NCBI RefSeq assembly: GCF_964194155.1
Contig: NC_135894.1
Coordinates: 57,102,001-57,166,000 of the forward strand
Direction: 5' to 3'
Length of the DNA: 64,000 nt
Origin: Cetorhinus maximus
Lineage: Eukaryota
In this document: piece by piece, positions 51,701 through 64,000 of the stretch
How the letters are laid out: the number at the start of each line of letters is the position of its first letter
Position numbering within the stretch: position 1 is the stretch's first letter
Made by a program: the position numbers and the translations under genes
The notes under the pieces: model-generated
The model's input: only the letters and a program-made list of their open reading frames with translations
What the model was told of the DNA's origin: nothing
Database searches by the model: none

Positions 51701-52865
51701 CAAATTCATAAGACTACTACATACCAATGCAGTACTGTGCTTTAAATGGAACTAAGAAAGCTATACTATTTAACACTTTTTTCCAGGAGATAAGATGTAT
51801 TGACTAAACAGCATCTCGGCCCATCACTGGTGGCTTTGCATCTCAATGATTAATTTATAATTTATTTATATACAAATAATAACTCCACATCTGCACACAA
51901 GGACTTATTTTGAAACTGTTTCTCTGCTTACCTTTGTCGTTGTGCATAATCAATTTCTATTTTAACCACAATTTCACCTGTTACATTTTTATGAGGTAGT
52001 AACATGGTTTCATTTGATAATAGCCTGCCTATCACTGTAATCCAGTAACTTTACTGAAAGTGATCATACAGGTATGGTATTTCCAATATTTGCAAAACTT
52101 AAGTAACTTTTAAGTAGAGTCTAATTAACTGTTTATTTCCAAAACCTCAATGCAGTGCTGCACAAAAGGAGGATTTTCCTCAATATCAGGTTTCTAATTC
52201 CAGCTCCTAAATTTGGTCATTTACCATCATCCAAGCTTGAATGACTAGCTGGCTAAATGATATTTCAGCTCAACAAAAAGGCACCTTAAACCTTCCTTCA
52301 GCAACAACGCCATTCAGAAAGGTTAACAACCTCAACTAAAAGGATTAGCGTAAACGTTTTATCCTTGATTCTTTTATTCATACCCCTACCCTTTTTCAAA
52401 TGTATAAATCATCAGAAATTTGGTAATTCTATCTACAACGTGAATTATTTGAAAAAAAAGGTTGCTGAAGGCCTGTCACATTGGGTCTCAGTCTGAAAAC
52501 GACAGCACCAATTGGGTATCGGCCGATCAGGAGGGCGCTCTAATTAGGCCAAGGGGGAATACACATCTTCATGATTCTGGGTGTTAATTCAATGATACTA
52601 AAATTAGTGAGTTTAGTAGCAGTTTAGCTTTGAATCACATAGCAAGGGTGGGCGGTAACTATGCTACTGTGAAACTGTCCTGCAATATAAATAGAATAGC
52701 TTCACAAGCAGGAGTTGATGACCTCTAAAATGCACTGTACAAGACACATCCACTTAGATGACTTAGCTTAAGATATAAATGCCCACAGAAACTTAAAGCC
52801 CATTCTATCTAAACGTCCAAATTATTTACTTCCCAAATAAACAGCATTTTAAGGAGTGGCCTTAC

Positions 52866-53026
52866 TGTAGGTATTGATGTGTTGGAGTTCACTCTCCTCA
52901 GCCGTCGTTGCATTAAATCATATTCCATTTCATTGACCTCAGCCTTCAGTTTCTCCAGCTTTTGCTTTTCCAGGTTTAGCTCTTTTAGTAATCGCTCCAT
53001 TCGAGCCCTCTGATGGAGCAATAACG
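52866..53026 (-). CDS. TAB3: TAB3 exon, coiled-coil (TAK1-binding) region
   Basis: cttag|CG TTA TTG CTC CAT CAG gives (A)LLLHQRARMERL...RRLRRVNSNTSIPT, then |GTAAG. 161 bp, phase 1 to 0, consistent with the neighbouring exons. Confidence 0.96.
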
Positions 53027-53909
53027 CTAAGGACACATTGTAAAAAATCAGTCACAGAGCAGAAAAACTAATATCTAGTTCAGACGGACAAGCACTATAA
53101 CTGCCACGAGGTAGAGAAACGGCCTTGGTTAAACCAAGCTATTTTCCATAAGTATTCTCTTCTCCCCACAATCAAACTGCAGAAAACAAAATGATCCTTC
53201 TGTCAGTGACTCAGAAACATCCAGAATAACAAGTATATCCAAGATACAAATGTCCTTTGTACATTCAAGGGTTGCTATAAAAATAAATGTCAAAGGTTCA
53301 CTATGCGTAGAGAAAATAATTTACTTTCAGCAGATTATTCATAACCCTCTTTACTGACAGCACAGATAAGCATCAGTGTCACAAAGGTGCAAAGACAGCA
53401 ATTCTTGCCAATGAAGTCTACAGTGGGTTTATAAAATGATTAAGACTTATCCATTCCCATAGGAATATATTGTAAACCATCACATATATACTACAATAAT
53501 AATTTTAACTCTATAATCTCGGAGGCATTGCATTCTGTTAAACTCTTTACAATAATATTCCTGAAACTAGGCCATATGTTTAACTGTTCACTACAATTAA
53601 CTTTGCAAAGCCATCAAATCTGTTCAAATTATAATTTGTGATTTACAAAATAAAGTGATATACTTTAATATGAAAACCCCATTTTAACACTAATCATCTA
53701 ATTTGTGTCTGAATTTCTGATCCCATATTTCAGATATTGAAGTAATATTGATTCCTTCAAAAAATTCATGAATGGCATATATATACAGCTTACTGTAACT
53801 TACTTTAGAAATCATCAGAAAATTAGCGTTATGATCAGGAAACAAAGCACAGAATTTGATGCATTATAACCTAGCCAAGTAGTTAAACAATGTGTAGTCA
53901 ATGAAGTAT

Positions 53910-54140
53910 AGAATCATAGAAGGATGTAGCACAGAAAGAGGCCATTCAGCCTATCATGCCTGCACTGTCTGTTCAATAGAACTTTCCTATTAGTCTCATT
54001 CCCCTGCTCTTTCCCCATAGCCCTGTAAATATTCTCCCTCTACAAATTACCCAATTTTGAATGTTGCTATTGAATATGCTTTTCCCACCCTTTCAGGCAG
54101 TACACAATGACAACAACTTGCTATGTTAAAAAAAATGTTT
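53910..54140 (-). mobile_element. CR1 3' tail fragment
   Basis: atagaatcatagaagg...gaggccattcagcc is a reverse-complement CR1 tail. Confidence 0.75.
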
Positions 54141-55235
54141 CCGCACGTCCGCAAATGGAGTGCAGCTGAGCTAACTTGAGTGAAGACTTGGAGTTTGGGG
54201 TTGGAGAGGAACTTGCAGTGGAGGGACAGGGTCCAGAGATTTTGGTCCATGTAGGTACCAATGCCATAGGCAGGATGAGGAAGGAAGCTCTGCATTGTCA
54301 ATTTGAGATGCTCGGCACCAAATTAAGAAGCAGAACCTCAAAGGTAATAATTTCTGGATAATTACCTGAGCCACATGCAAATTGGCATAGGACAAATAAG
54401 ATTAGAGAAATGAATGCATGGCTCAAAGACTGGTGTGGGAGAAGTGGGTTCCGGTTTGTGGAGCATTGGTACCAGTATAGTAATGGCAAAGTGGGATCTG
54501 TACTGTTGGGACGGTCTATACCTGAACTGTGCTGGGGCTGGTGTCCTTGCGAGCCGCATAACTATGGAAGTAGAGAGGATTTTGAACTGAATAGTGGTGG
54601 CAAGTGATCAAATTTGGGAAGATGTGGTAAACCAAAGAGTAAGAGAGACAGGTATTAATATGGGAAATGATAAAACAGACTGCGACAGGAAGGGACAGAA
54701 AGTACAAATCTAAGAGTAAATCAGCAGATAGACTAGATGCTACAAAAATAATAACAAGACAAACTAAAGGCTCTGTATCTAAATGCACATAGCATTCAAA
54801 ACAAAACAGATGAGCTGATAGTACTTATTTATTTCTATTTGCGCTATCTGATAGCCATTACAGGGATACGGCTATAGTATCACAGATTGGGACCAGAATA
54901 TTGAAGGTTACATGACATTTAGGAAGGACAGGAAGTTAGGAAAAAGGTGGAAGGGTGGCTCTGTTCATGAATGATGGTATTAGCACATTAGAGAGGGATG
55001 ACTTAAGTTCAGGAAACCAGGATGTAGAAGCAGTTTGGGTTGAGATGAGAAATTATAAAGGCATGAAGTCACTTGTGGGAGTGGTGTACAGGCCCCATAA
55101 CTGTAACTACACAGTAGGGCAGAGTATAGAAGATAATGGGAGCTTGCCAGAAAGGTACAGCAATAATCATGTGGATTTTAATCTACATATAGACTGGAAA
55201 AATCAGATGGGCAAAGGTAGCGTAGATGAGAAGTT

Positions 55236-56348
55236 CATACGAACATACAACCAAGGAGCAAGAGTAGGCCATTCAGCCCCTCACACCTGCTCCGTCGTTT
55301 AATAAGGTCACGGCTGACCTGATATTAACTTGAAGTCAGCATCCCACCTAGTCCCGATAACCTATCCCTTGCTTACCAAGAATCTATCCACCTCTGCCTT
55401 AAAAATATTCAAAGGCTCTACTTCCACCACCTTTTCAGGGAGAGAATTATAAGACTCACGACCCTCTGGGTGAAATAAATTCGCCCCATCTGTGTTTTAA
55501 ATGGGTAACCCCTTATTTTTAAACAGTGACCCCCTAGTTCTAGATTTTTCCACAAGAGGAAACATCCTCTTCACATCCACCCTGTCAAGACCTCTCAGGA
55601 TCTGACATGTTTCAATCAAGTCGCCTCTTACTGTTCTAAACTCTAGTGATACCAACATAGTCTGTCCAACTTTTCCTCATAAGACAACCCAGCCATTCCA
55701 GGTATTAGTATTCTCTGGTAAACCTTCTCTGAACTGCTTCCAATGCATTTACATCCTTCCTTAAATATGGTGACCAATACTGTGCACAGTACTCCAAATG
55801 TGGTCTCACTAGTGCCCTGTGCAACTGAAGCATAGCTTCCCTACTTTAGTATTCAATCCCCCACGCAATAAATTATAACATTCTACTAGCTTTCCAACCA
55901 CCTGCTATACTTGCACACTAGCCTTTTGTGATTCATGCACTAGGGCACCCATATCTCTCTGCACCTCAGAGTTCTGCAATCTCTCGCCATTTAGATAATA
56001 TGCTTCTCTTTAATTCTTCCTGCAACAATGGACAATTTCACATTTTCCAACAATATACTCCATTTGCCAGATCTTTGCCCACTCACTTAACCTCTTTTAA
56101 AGCCTTCTTGTGTCTTCTTCACAACTTACTTTCTCACTTATCTTTGTGTCATCAGCAAATTTAGCAATCATCCCTTCATCCAAGTCATTTATATAAATTG
56201 GAAACATTTGAGGTCCCAGTACTGACCCCTGTGGCACACCACTCATTACATCTTGCCAACCTGAAAAAGACCCATTTGTGCCTACTCTCTGATTTCTGTT
56301 AGCCAGCCAATCTTCTATCCATGCCAATATGTTACCCCCTATACTATG
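55236..56348 (-). mobile_element. CR1 3' fragment inserted antisense into the 54150-59672 CR1
   Basis: Starts with the reverse tail catacgaacatac. Minus strand encodes SGVPQGSVLGPQMF...AKFADDTK. The host resumes at gggatagtttcttagaacag. Confidence 0.9.
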
Positions 56349-58298
56349 GGATAGTTTCTTAGAACAGCATGTTCTGGAACAAACCAGACAGCAGGCTATA
56401 CTAGACCTGGTACTGAGCAATGAGATTACTTGATAACCTCATAGTGAAGGCACCCCTAGGGAGCAGCAATCATAATATGATTGAATTTTACATTTGTTTT
56501 GAGGGGGAAACAAGTGCGTCCAAGACTAGCATTTTAAACTTAAATAAGGTCAATAATGAGGGCATGAAAGCAGAGCTAGCTAAAGTGAACTGACAAATCA
56601 GGTTGAGGGATAGGTCAATAGAGGTTTGGTGTCAGACAGTTAAAGGGATATTTTAGAAAACACAGAATAGATCCGTCCCAATAAGAAAGGAAAATTCCAA
56701 GGGGAGGGCTTACCATCCGGGGTTAACTAAAAAAGTTAAAGACAGTATCAAACTTAAAGAAAAAACATATAATTATGCAAAGACAGGTGGCAGGTCAAAA
56801 GATTAGAATATATAAAGAACAGCAAAGAATGACAAAAGTGTTAATGAGGAGGGAGAAATGAGTGTGTCCAAGACTAGTATTTTAAACTTAAATAAGAGCA
56901 ATTATGAGGGCATGAGAGCAGAGCTAGCTAAAGTGAGCTGGCAAAAGAGGGTAAGGGATAGATCAGTAGAGGTTCAGTGGCAGACATTTAAAAGGATATT
57001 TCAGAATACACAGAACATGTACATTCCAATGAGAAAGAAAAATTCCAAAAGGAGGGCCCACTATCTGTGGTTAACTAAAAAAGTTAAAGACAGTATCAAA
57101 CTTAAAGAAAAAACATATAATTATGCAAAGACAGGTGGCAGTCAGAAGATTAGAAAGAATATAAAGAACAGCAACAAATGGCAAAGGGATTAATAAGGAG
57201 GGAAAAGTTAGAGTACGAGAGAAAGCTAGCTAGTAATATAAAGACGGATAGTAAGAGTTTCTGTAGATATTTAAGTAAGAAAAGTTAACAAAATGAGCAT
57301 TGGTCCTATAGAGAGTGCATCTGGGGAATTGATAATGGAAAGTAGGGAGATGTCGGATGAATTAAACAGCGATTTTGCTTCAATCTTCACTATGGAGGAC
57401 ACAAGTAACATCCTGAAATAGCAGTAAATCAGGAAATGGAAGGAGGGAGGAACTCAGGAAAATTACAATCACCAAGGAGGTGGTATTGAGCAATTTATTG
57501 GGGCTGCGGGCTGACAAATCCTCAGGTTGGGATGAACTTCACCCTAAGGTCTTGAAAGAAGTGTCCAGTGAGATAGTTGATGCATTGGCTTTAATTTTCC
57601 AAAATTCCCTAAATTTGGGGGTGATTCCATTAGATTGGAATATAGCAAATGTAATTCCTTTATTCAAAAAGGGAGGGAGACAGAAAGCAGGAAACTACAG
57701 GCCAGTTAGCCTAACATCTGTCATAGGTAAAATGTTAGAAGCTATTAGTAAAGATGTTATAGCAGGGCACTTAGAAACATTCAAGGCGATCAGGCAGGGT
57801 CAACATGGTTTTGTAAAAGGGAAATCATGCTTAACAATTTATTGGAGTTCTTTGAAAGAGTCACATATGCTGTGGATAAAGAGGAACCGGTGGATATATT
57901 GAACCTGGATTTCCAAAAGGCATTTGATAAAGAGCCACATCAAAGGCTGTTGCGGAAAGAAAAGCTCATGGTATGGGGGTAACATATTGGCATGGATAGA
58001 AGATTGGCTAGCTAAAAGGAAGCAGAGAGTTGGCATAAATGGGTCTTTTTCTGGTTGAGAGGATGTGACGAGTGGTGTGCCACAGGGGCCTCAACTTTTC
58101 ACAATTTTTATAAATGACTTGAAGGGGCCGAAGCAATGTTGCTAAATTTGCTGACGACACAAAGATAGGAAGGAAAGTAAATTGTGGAGAGGACATACGG
58201 AGGCTACAAAGGGACATAGATAGGTTAAGTGAGTGGGCAAAGATCTGGCAAATGGAGTATAATGTGGGCAAATGTGAAATTGTTCATTTTGGTAGGAA

Positions 58299-59080
58299 GA
58301 AGGTGTTCCACAAAGCGGTCACCCAGTCTGCGTTTGGTCTCTCCAATGTAGACTGGGTGACCGCCTTGCGGAACACCTTCGGTCTGTCCGCAAGCATGAC
58401 CCAGACCTCCCTGTCGCTTGCCATTTCAACACTCCACCCTGCTCTCATGCCCACATGTCCGTCCTTGGCCTGCTGCATTGTTCCAGTGAGGCTCAAAGCA
58501 AACTGGAGGAACAGCACCTCATCTTCCGACTAGGCACTTTACAGCCTTCCGGACTGAATATTGAGTTCAACAATTTTAGATCATGAACTCTCTCCTCCAT
58601 CCCTACCCCCTTTCTGATCCCCCTTTTTCCCAATAATTTATATAGATTTTTCTTTTCCCACCTATTTCCATTATTTTTAAATGTATTTCCATCCATTGTT
58701 TTATCTCTACCTTTTCGCCTATTTCGATCCCTTCCCCCCACCCAACCCCCACTCAGGCTATCTGTACCTTGCTCGTCCTGCTTTCTACCCTTAATGTCAC
58801 CTAATATCACCACCTTCAACACCTCTTTGTCCTTTTGTCTATGACACCTTTTGGTTATCTCCACCTATCACTGGCCCTCTACCCAGCTCTACCTGTCCCA
58901 CCCCCCCTTAAACCAGCTTATATTTCACCTCTTTTCTATTTTTCCTTAGTTCTGTTGAAGAGTCATACAGACTCGAAATGTTAACTGTATTCCTCTCCGC
59001 AGATGCTGTCAGACCTGCTGAGTTTTTCCAGGTGTTTTTGTTTTGGATTTCCAGCATCTGCAGTTTTTTGCTTTTATCTT
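58299..59080 (+). mobile_element. Penelope 3' fragment with an inverted 5' segment, inserted in CR1
   Basis: 58350-59040 is very similar to 47062-47770. 58299-58349 is the reverse complement of the YIGETKRRLGDRFAEHL coding segment. Confidence 0.9.
58948..58986 (+). ncRNA. Hammerhead-like motif (family A)
   Basis: AGTT-CTGTTGA-A-GAGTC ATACA GACTC-GAAA-TG-TT-AACT. Confidence 0.5.
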
Positions 59081-60959
59081 AGATGTTATGCTTCAGTTGT
59101 ACAGGACATTGGTGAGACCACATCTAGAGTACTGTGCACAGCACTCGTCTCCTTATTTAAGGAAAGATGCAAGTGCGTTAGAAGCAGTGCAGAGAAGGCT
59201 TACTAGGCTAATACCAGGAATGGGCAGGTCGGCTTATAAGGAGAGGTTGGATAGGTTAGGCTTGTATCCACTGGAACTTAGAAGAGTAAGAGGTGACTTC
59301 ACTGAAACCTTTTAAGATCCTGAGGGGTCTTGACAGGGTGGGTGTGGAGAGGATGTTTCCTCTCGTAGGACAATCTCAGCCTAGGGGTCATTGTTTAAAA
59401 ATAAGGGGTCGCTCATTTAAGACAGGGATGAGAAGAATTTTTTTCTCTCAGAAGGTCTTTGGGACTCTTCCTGAAAAGGCAGTGTTAGCAGGGCCCTTGA
59501 ATATTTTTAAGGCAAAGCAAGATAGATTCTTGATTAACAAGGGGGTGAACGGTTATCAGGAGTAGGCAGGAATGTGGGGTTGAGGTTACAATCGGATCAG
59601 CCATGGTTTTATTGAATGACAGGGCAGGCTTGAGGAGCCGAGTCGCCTAATCCTGTTCTTAATTCGTATGTTCATGTCACCTCTATTATACAACAAAAGT
59701 TATGTCTTCCTAAAATACAGTCATGGTATTTTAATCCACAGGGTTTATTTTTCCTTCGTTTTCAAGCAATTTCTTTTTAAATCAAACTACAAATTTAGGA
59801 CCTCTCAAATTTCAGAAATTTTACCCATTGAACAGCTATGCAAGCCAATGCAATTTGCTAAAGGAGCTGTATGCTTCAATTCTGGTTAAACTAAAAGAGG
59901 TTCTAAGCACTTTCTAAAAAAAATAACCTTGGGTTGTTAATGGATCCCGGGGTATTTCAGCTGAATCCGTATTCAAAATCTACAGTATTGGCATGACATA
60001 AGCAATTTTAAAAGAAAATAGTACAATTATATAGCCAAGATCTGGGTTAATAAATGGAGTTTTAATGATTCACACTGGCATAAAGTTAGATACAATTGCT
60101 TCTTTTTGGTGATGTAGGGTGCATGACTGTCAAGTGAAACATTTTGTTCTATAACAAGAGTAGCGATCCCAACTTCCACATCTGTAATCTTAAACAAAGC
60201 GCAATGCAGTACAGACAAATTGTATAAAAATCAAATTTATTCTACAAAAAAAAATCTATTTACTTATAATTTTGACACTCAAAGAGTTGGCTTTTTCCTC
60301 AACAAATGGAACAAATTCTGTGTCACCCATGAACAATTGAAAGCACACAGAATGGTTTAAAAGGCGGGGGTGAGGTGAAGTGAGGTGCCTAAAGTTCAGA
60401 ATTATATAGCTACAACCTTAACTTTTGCTTCAGTAGAATAAAAAGTTGAAATTCAAAAGCCAGGGACTTTCAGGGGGTGGGGGTCAGCCTAAAACAGAAC
60501 ATAAGACAGGGAATAGGAAGGGACTCTATGATCAAGCAAACTCATTCTTCCAAACAATACACATTTCCTCCAATTTTGTGCTTTTGTGATTTCTTATTCT
60601 GCAATCACAGCCAAATAATCTTTGTTCAAAATTATTCACATTCATTTTAAATAAATAAATTAGATCTCCTGTTCAATCTTTTCTTCAGCAATAACAAGCT
60701 CAACTCTGCCATCTTATATAAAGCTCCAGAATAGCCCTTGTTTACTTTCTCTGATCTCTGTCCAATGTATTAATTTTCTTTTGAAGGTGAAGGCCGGGTG
60801 CCAAACTTGCTGTGCCAGATGTTAAAATTATTCACTTCAACATAAAACAAATGGGATCCCAACGGCCAAGTTGAAGGAAGTTATACTAAAATTTGTTGAC
60901 AAGGTTAGATTGCAAATATTGCAGGCAATCTTCAGCAACCTCTCTTCAAAAAACCACCT

Positions 60960-61095
60960 GATGGCTTTTAGGTAAGGATATCAAAGGATATGGGACGATG
61001 GAAAATAAATGGAGTTGAGGTACAGATCAGCCACGACCTGATTCAATAGCAGAGCTGGCTCAAGGAGTTGAAATGGCCTACTGTTCATATTCTAT
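60960..61095 (+). mobile_element. CR1 tail fragment
   Basis: atggagttgaggtacagatcagccacgacctgattcaatagcagagc...aatggcctact matches the tails at 14277-14355 and 59575-59660. Confidence 0.7.
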
Positions 61096-61489
61096 ATATA
61101 ATTTTCTCAAGACAAAATCAGGTAACCACATAACAGCAGTTTAGTCAATGCTTGAACACAAACTGTGAATTAAATTTGGACCCAAACTCATTTTTAAAGA
61201 ACAATCTAACATTTTGCCCTTACATTGAACTAAGTTACATAATGCAATTGAGTAACAAAGTGGAGAAAAAAATCTTTTAGTCCACAACAAGCTTATGAAT
61301 TTTATTTCCAATTTAAAGTAAGAGGAACTATAAAAACTGATAGTGGCAGCACGTATCCAAAGAATCTTAAATTGCATTGCCTCATCTTTCATACATGGTG
61401 AAAACTGTATGAGACATAATGCCAAATTTAACCTGTGCTCTTGCAATACAATGTATAAAAATAACAAACTTTGAGACAATGTACTATAC

Positions 61490-63005
61490 CTTGAGTGTAA
61501 GCATAGTCATCTGACCCTGAACTCGACTTTCGCCGCTGCTCCTCATTTCGTTTGTTGACACTAGATCCTGTTACTGCTGATATTGGTTGTATAGGTTCAG
61601 GGGCTCCAGGATGCTCTCCATGGCAATCAACTAAATTCAAGATGCTCCCAGGGTCAAAAGTAGGCGATGCCACACCTCGTGAAATTGAAGGCGGTCTGTT
61701 TGGGGAAACTGTAATTTTGAAGGTGTATTTAGTATTTGGCTGAGTTACAACCACACGAGGAGAGTTCACTTGGTTACTGCCAGCAGTTGTGGACCTAGGT
61801 CGTGATGGTTGATGGTGAATATACGTGGGTGGTACACTATACACTGGCTGCGGTTGAACCACACTCATTTGTCCCGACATTCCTCTTGACGGTGAGCTAG
61901 ATGGTGAATTGGTGGCAATATAAAGCGTAGGCTGACTCCGTAAAGCAGGTTGACTGCTTACAGGGGATGAACTTCGTGTAATGCTGGCACCAGATCTTTG
62001 GGGCGTTTCCAATTTGATTTCTATCTGGTTTTTCATAGGACCTTTAGACAATCCAGACACAGAATAAGGGATGTAGGATAATGATTGACTGCCCTGTTGT
62101 GGATAATTCTGTGGAGGCTGGTACGGGAGATGCGTCATTGTAGGAGAACTAATAGGCATGAAGACATGGGAAGTCTGATGACCTTGTTGGTTGGCTTGTA
62201 CCTGATGTTGTGGAGAGCTGTAGGGCGAGCTGAACTGTGATGGAGGTGGTGATCGAAATGCTTGCTGAGGAAGCTGAGGCTGCTTGGGAGAATACTGAGA
62301 AGGCTGATAAGTCTGCTGTGGTTGATAAACAGGTGGAGGATGATGATTATACTGTGGAAGAGGGCACTGGCTCGAAGTCCAAGCTGTGTTCTGAGGAGTC
62401 TGTCGCCCAGATGCTGGCCTAATGTAAATAGAATTACCAATCCCATAGGGAGTACTCTGCATCTGTGATGGACCACCATGTATGTGCAAAGCAGTAGGAG
62501 CAGTCTGACCAGATGGCACATTCTGTGACAAGGTTACGGTGATAGGGTTCATGGTGTACCGAGGTATGGGCTGATATGTTGGAGAAAGACCTTGCATAGG
62601 CGATGCATTCATGCTTGGTTGAAGGGAAGTTGGCTGTTGAGATGGTGGGGGAGGCGTACCTGTATTTCGTCCCTGGTCACTTACAAAGAAAGGGTTGTAG
62701 CCAGATGGATTAGCTACAATTGCAGGGGCAGAATGTGGCTCCTGTATTAGTCGCACAAGTTGTTTACCACCTCCACGTTGAGGGTCAATGTGGCCATCAC
62801 TTGTGCTATGGACCAGCGTTCGACCCCCATTGATTTGACCACCATCCCCTGCCTGGTATGTTGCTGGAGGCTGGATACCCAGATTAATCTGCAGCATGTG
62901 GTTCCTGCTCATTCTGGCGTCATCGGGGCTGTGGAACTCCCCATAAAGGTATTTGTTGCTCTCTTGGGCAAGAGCCAAACAACAGGCTTCCAGATTATTG
63001 TTATT
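61490..63005 (-). CDS. TAB3: TAB3 large coding exon (end of CUE domain plus Pro/Ser/Gln-rich region)
   Basis: Acceptor ...tttttaaattaag|AATAACAATAATCTGGAAGCCTGTTGT gives NNNNLEACCLALAQESNKYLY. Contains GGRTLVHSTSDGHIDPQ, QEPHSAPA, APEPIQPIS and SSSGSDDYAYTQ. Donor CAAG|GTATAG (phase 1). Lies in the frame of the 516-aa ORF. Confidence 0.96.
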
Positions 63006-64000
63006 CTTAATTTAAAAAGAGAAATTTTAAAAATTAATGTTAAGTTATGATGGCATTATTGAAGCTTACATAGTAACATGTGGACAGTTTCAAACATGCA
63101 CAATTTTAATACGAATCCAATGTACAAGAGGAAAATATTTATCAAACAATGTAATAAGTTTAAAATCACGTGGGGTTTAAAAGTACTATACAATGCCATG
63201 ATGGGGAAGAATTATTCTTTTTGACTAAGAAAAAGCAAAGAAAAGTTGAGTATTGTGAAATGAGGAGTGGGCTTGTGGTGAAGTATTTTCAATAGCCTAG
63301 TCATTTAAAGACAGTACAGATGAGGCATGAAGAAACAAAAAAGCCATTTGTCCTTGCACACAAGAGTGACATACGCAAATACCAGTTAGAGAAGTCAAAG
63401 AAAGTGGGCTGGTGGAGGAGGGCAGATTGCCTGCTATTGGAAGTTATATGTCAAATATAACTGAAGGGCTCACACTACTTGTTGCTGGGGATTGTCTTAA
63501 ATCCAAGTTTACCAATACCCAAAGAATACAGGAATATACCAAAGTACACTCTTAATAGGCATCAACATTGTAATTCATGTGTCTTATGCACTTCTCAAAC
63601 TTTTCTTTTCTAAAGGCTGTGCCTAAGGAAAACAAATGACAGCTAACCTTGATGCCTTATTCTAAAAACCATTCCTCACATTTAATACAAGCAGTACTAG
63701 TAGACTGTTCAACCTCAGAGACCATCACAGTCAAGTCCTATCTCAGTATACACTTTACAAAATGGGTTCACTAGAAAGTAATGAGTAGTAAGAACCCTGC
63801 ACATTTTTCTCCTCTTGCCCAGTAGGAATCAAACCTGGAACCTTAATCTATATTGTTCAAGTATCTTCCCATGAGGTGCATTTCTTCATTGCACCATTGG
63901 GAAGCACCACCTCTGCAAAGGAATCGGAATGGAGCACTAGGTCATATCCTCTCTTATAGCATGTTCAACTTACAATAACTCAGGTTAGAAGAAAATCTAA

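Larger units (their letters stand above)
54150..59672 (+). mobile_element. Long CR1 LINE (ORF1 esterase end + ORF2) with two nested insertions and an internal duplication
   Basis: ILVHVGTNAIGR...KVIISG (esterase); VGVVYRP, DFNLH, GNYRPVSLTS, KFADDTK, VRPHLEYC; tail ...aattcgtatgttc. Confidence 0.9.

Noticed and set aside
61428-62978. 516-aa ORF as a stand-alone intronless gene
   Set aside because: The TTG start is an internal Leu and the C-terminal tail is intron read-through. Splice sites at 63005 and 61490 explain it as a TAB3 exon.
63690-63880. Possible tRNA gene or SINE head (B-box-like GGTTTGATTCC on the minus strand)
   Set aside because: No cloverleaf or clear A-box; too decayed to call.
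63006-64000. First TAB3 coding exon (MAQ...CMLQ)
   Set aside because: No matching sequence seen. The cttac at about 63065 is not preceded by CUE-coding sequence, so the exon lies outside the window.

Overview
Vertebrate genomic DNA, most likely a shark or other cartilaginous fish (inferred from the repeat repertoire: CR1, RTE, RTE-X-like, L2, DeuSINE-like and Penelope elements). The window lies within one gene, TAB3 (TAK1-binding protein 3), on the minus strand. Six coding exons (63005-61490, 53026-52866, 45367-45274, 38678-38586, 22946-22851, 1760-1612) have GT-AG boundaries with matching phases and give 702 aa. They end in the NZF zinc finger and a transposon-free 3' UTR; the first coding exon lies outside the window. 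The introns (6.6-21 kb) are filled with nested, mostly decayed retroelements, including a near full-length CR1 and a young Neptune-type Penelope fragment with an unbroken RT/GIY-YIG frame. The most interesting signal is two sequence families of minimal hammerhead-ribozyme-like motifs. One sits in the Penelope 3' repeats, and both occur in short non-coding insertions, mostly with inverted arms and 14-15 bp target-site duplications. One copy with an intact catalytic core reads in the sense of the TAB3 pre-mRNA. The TAB3 protein also keeps several motifs I recall from mammalian TAB2. No prokaryotic-type systems (CRISPR, operons) were found. Repeat-family labels come from motif recognition, not database searches, and boundaries of old repeats are approximate.
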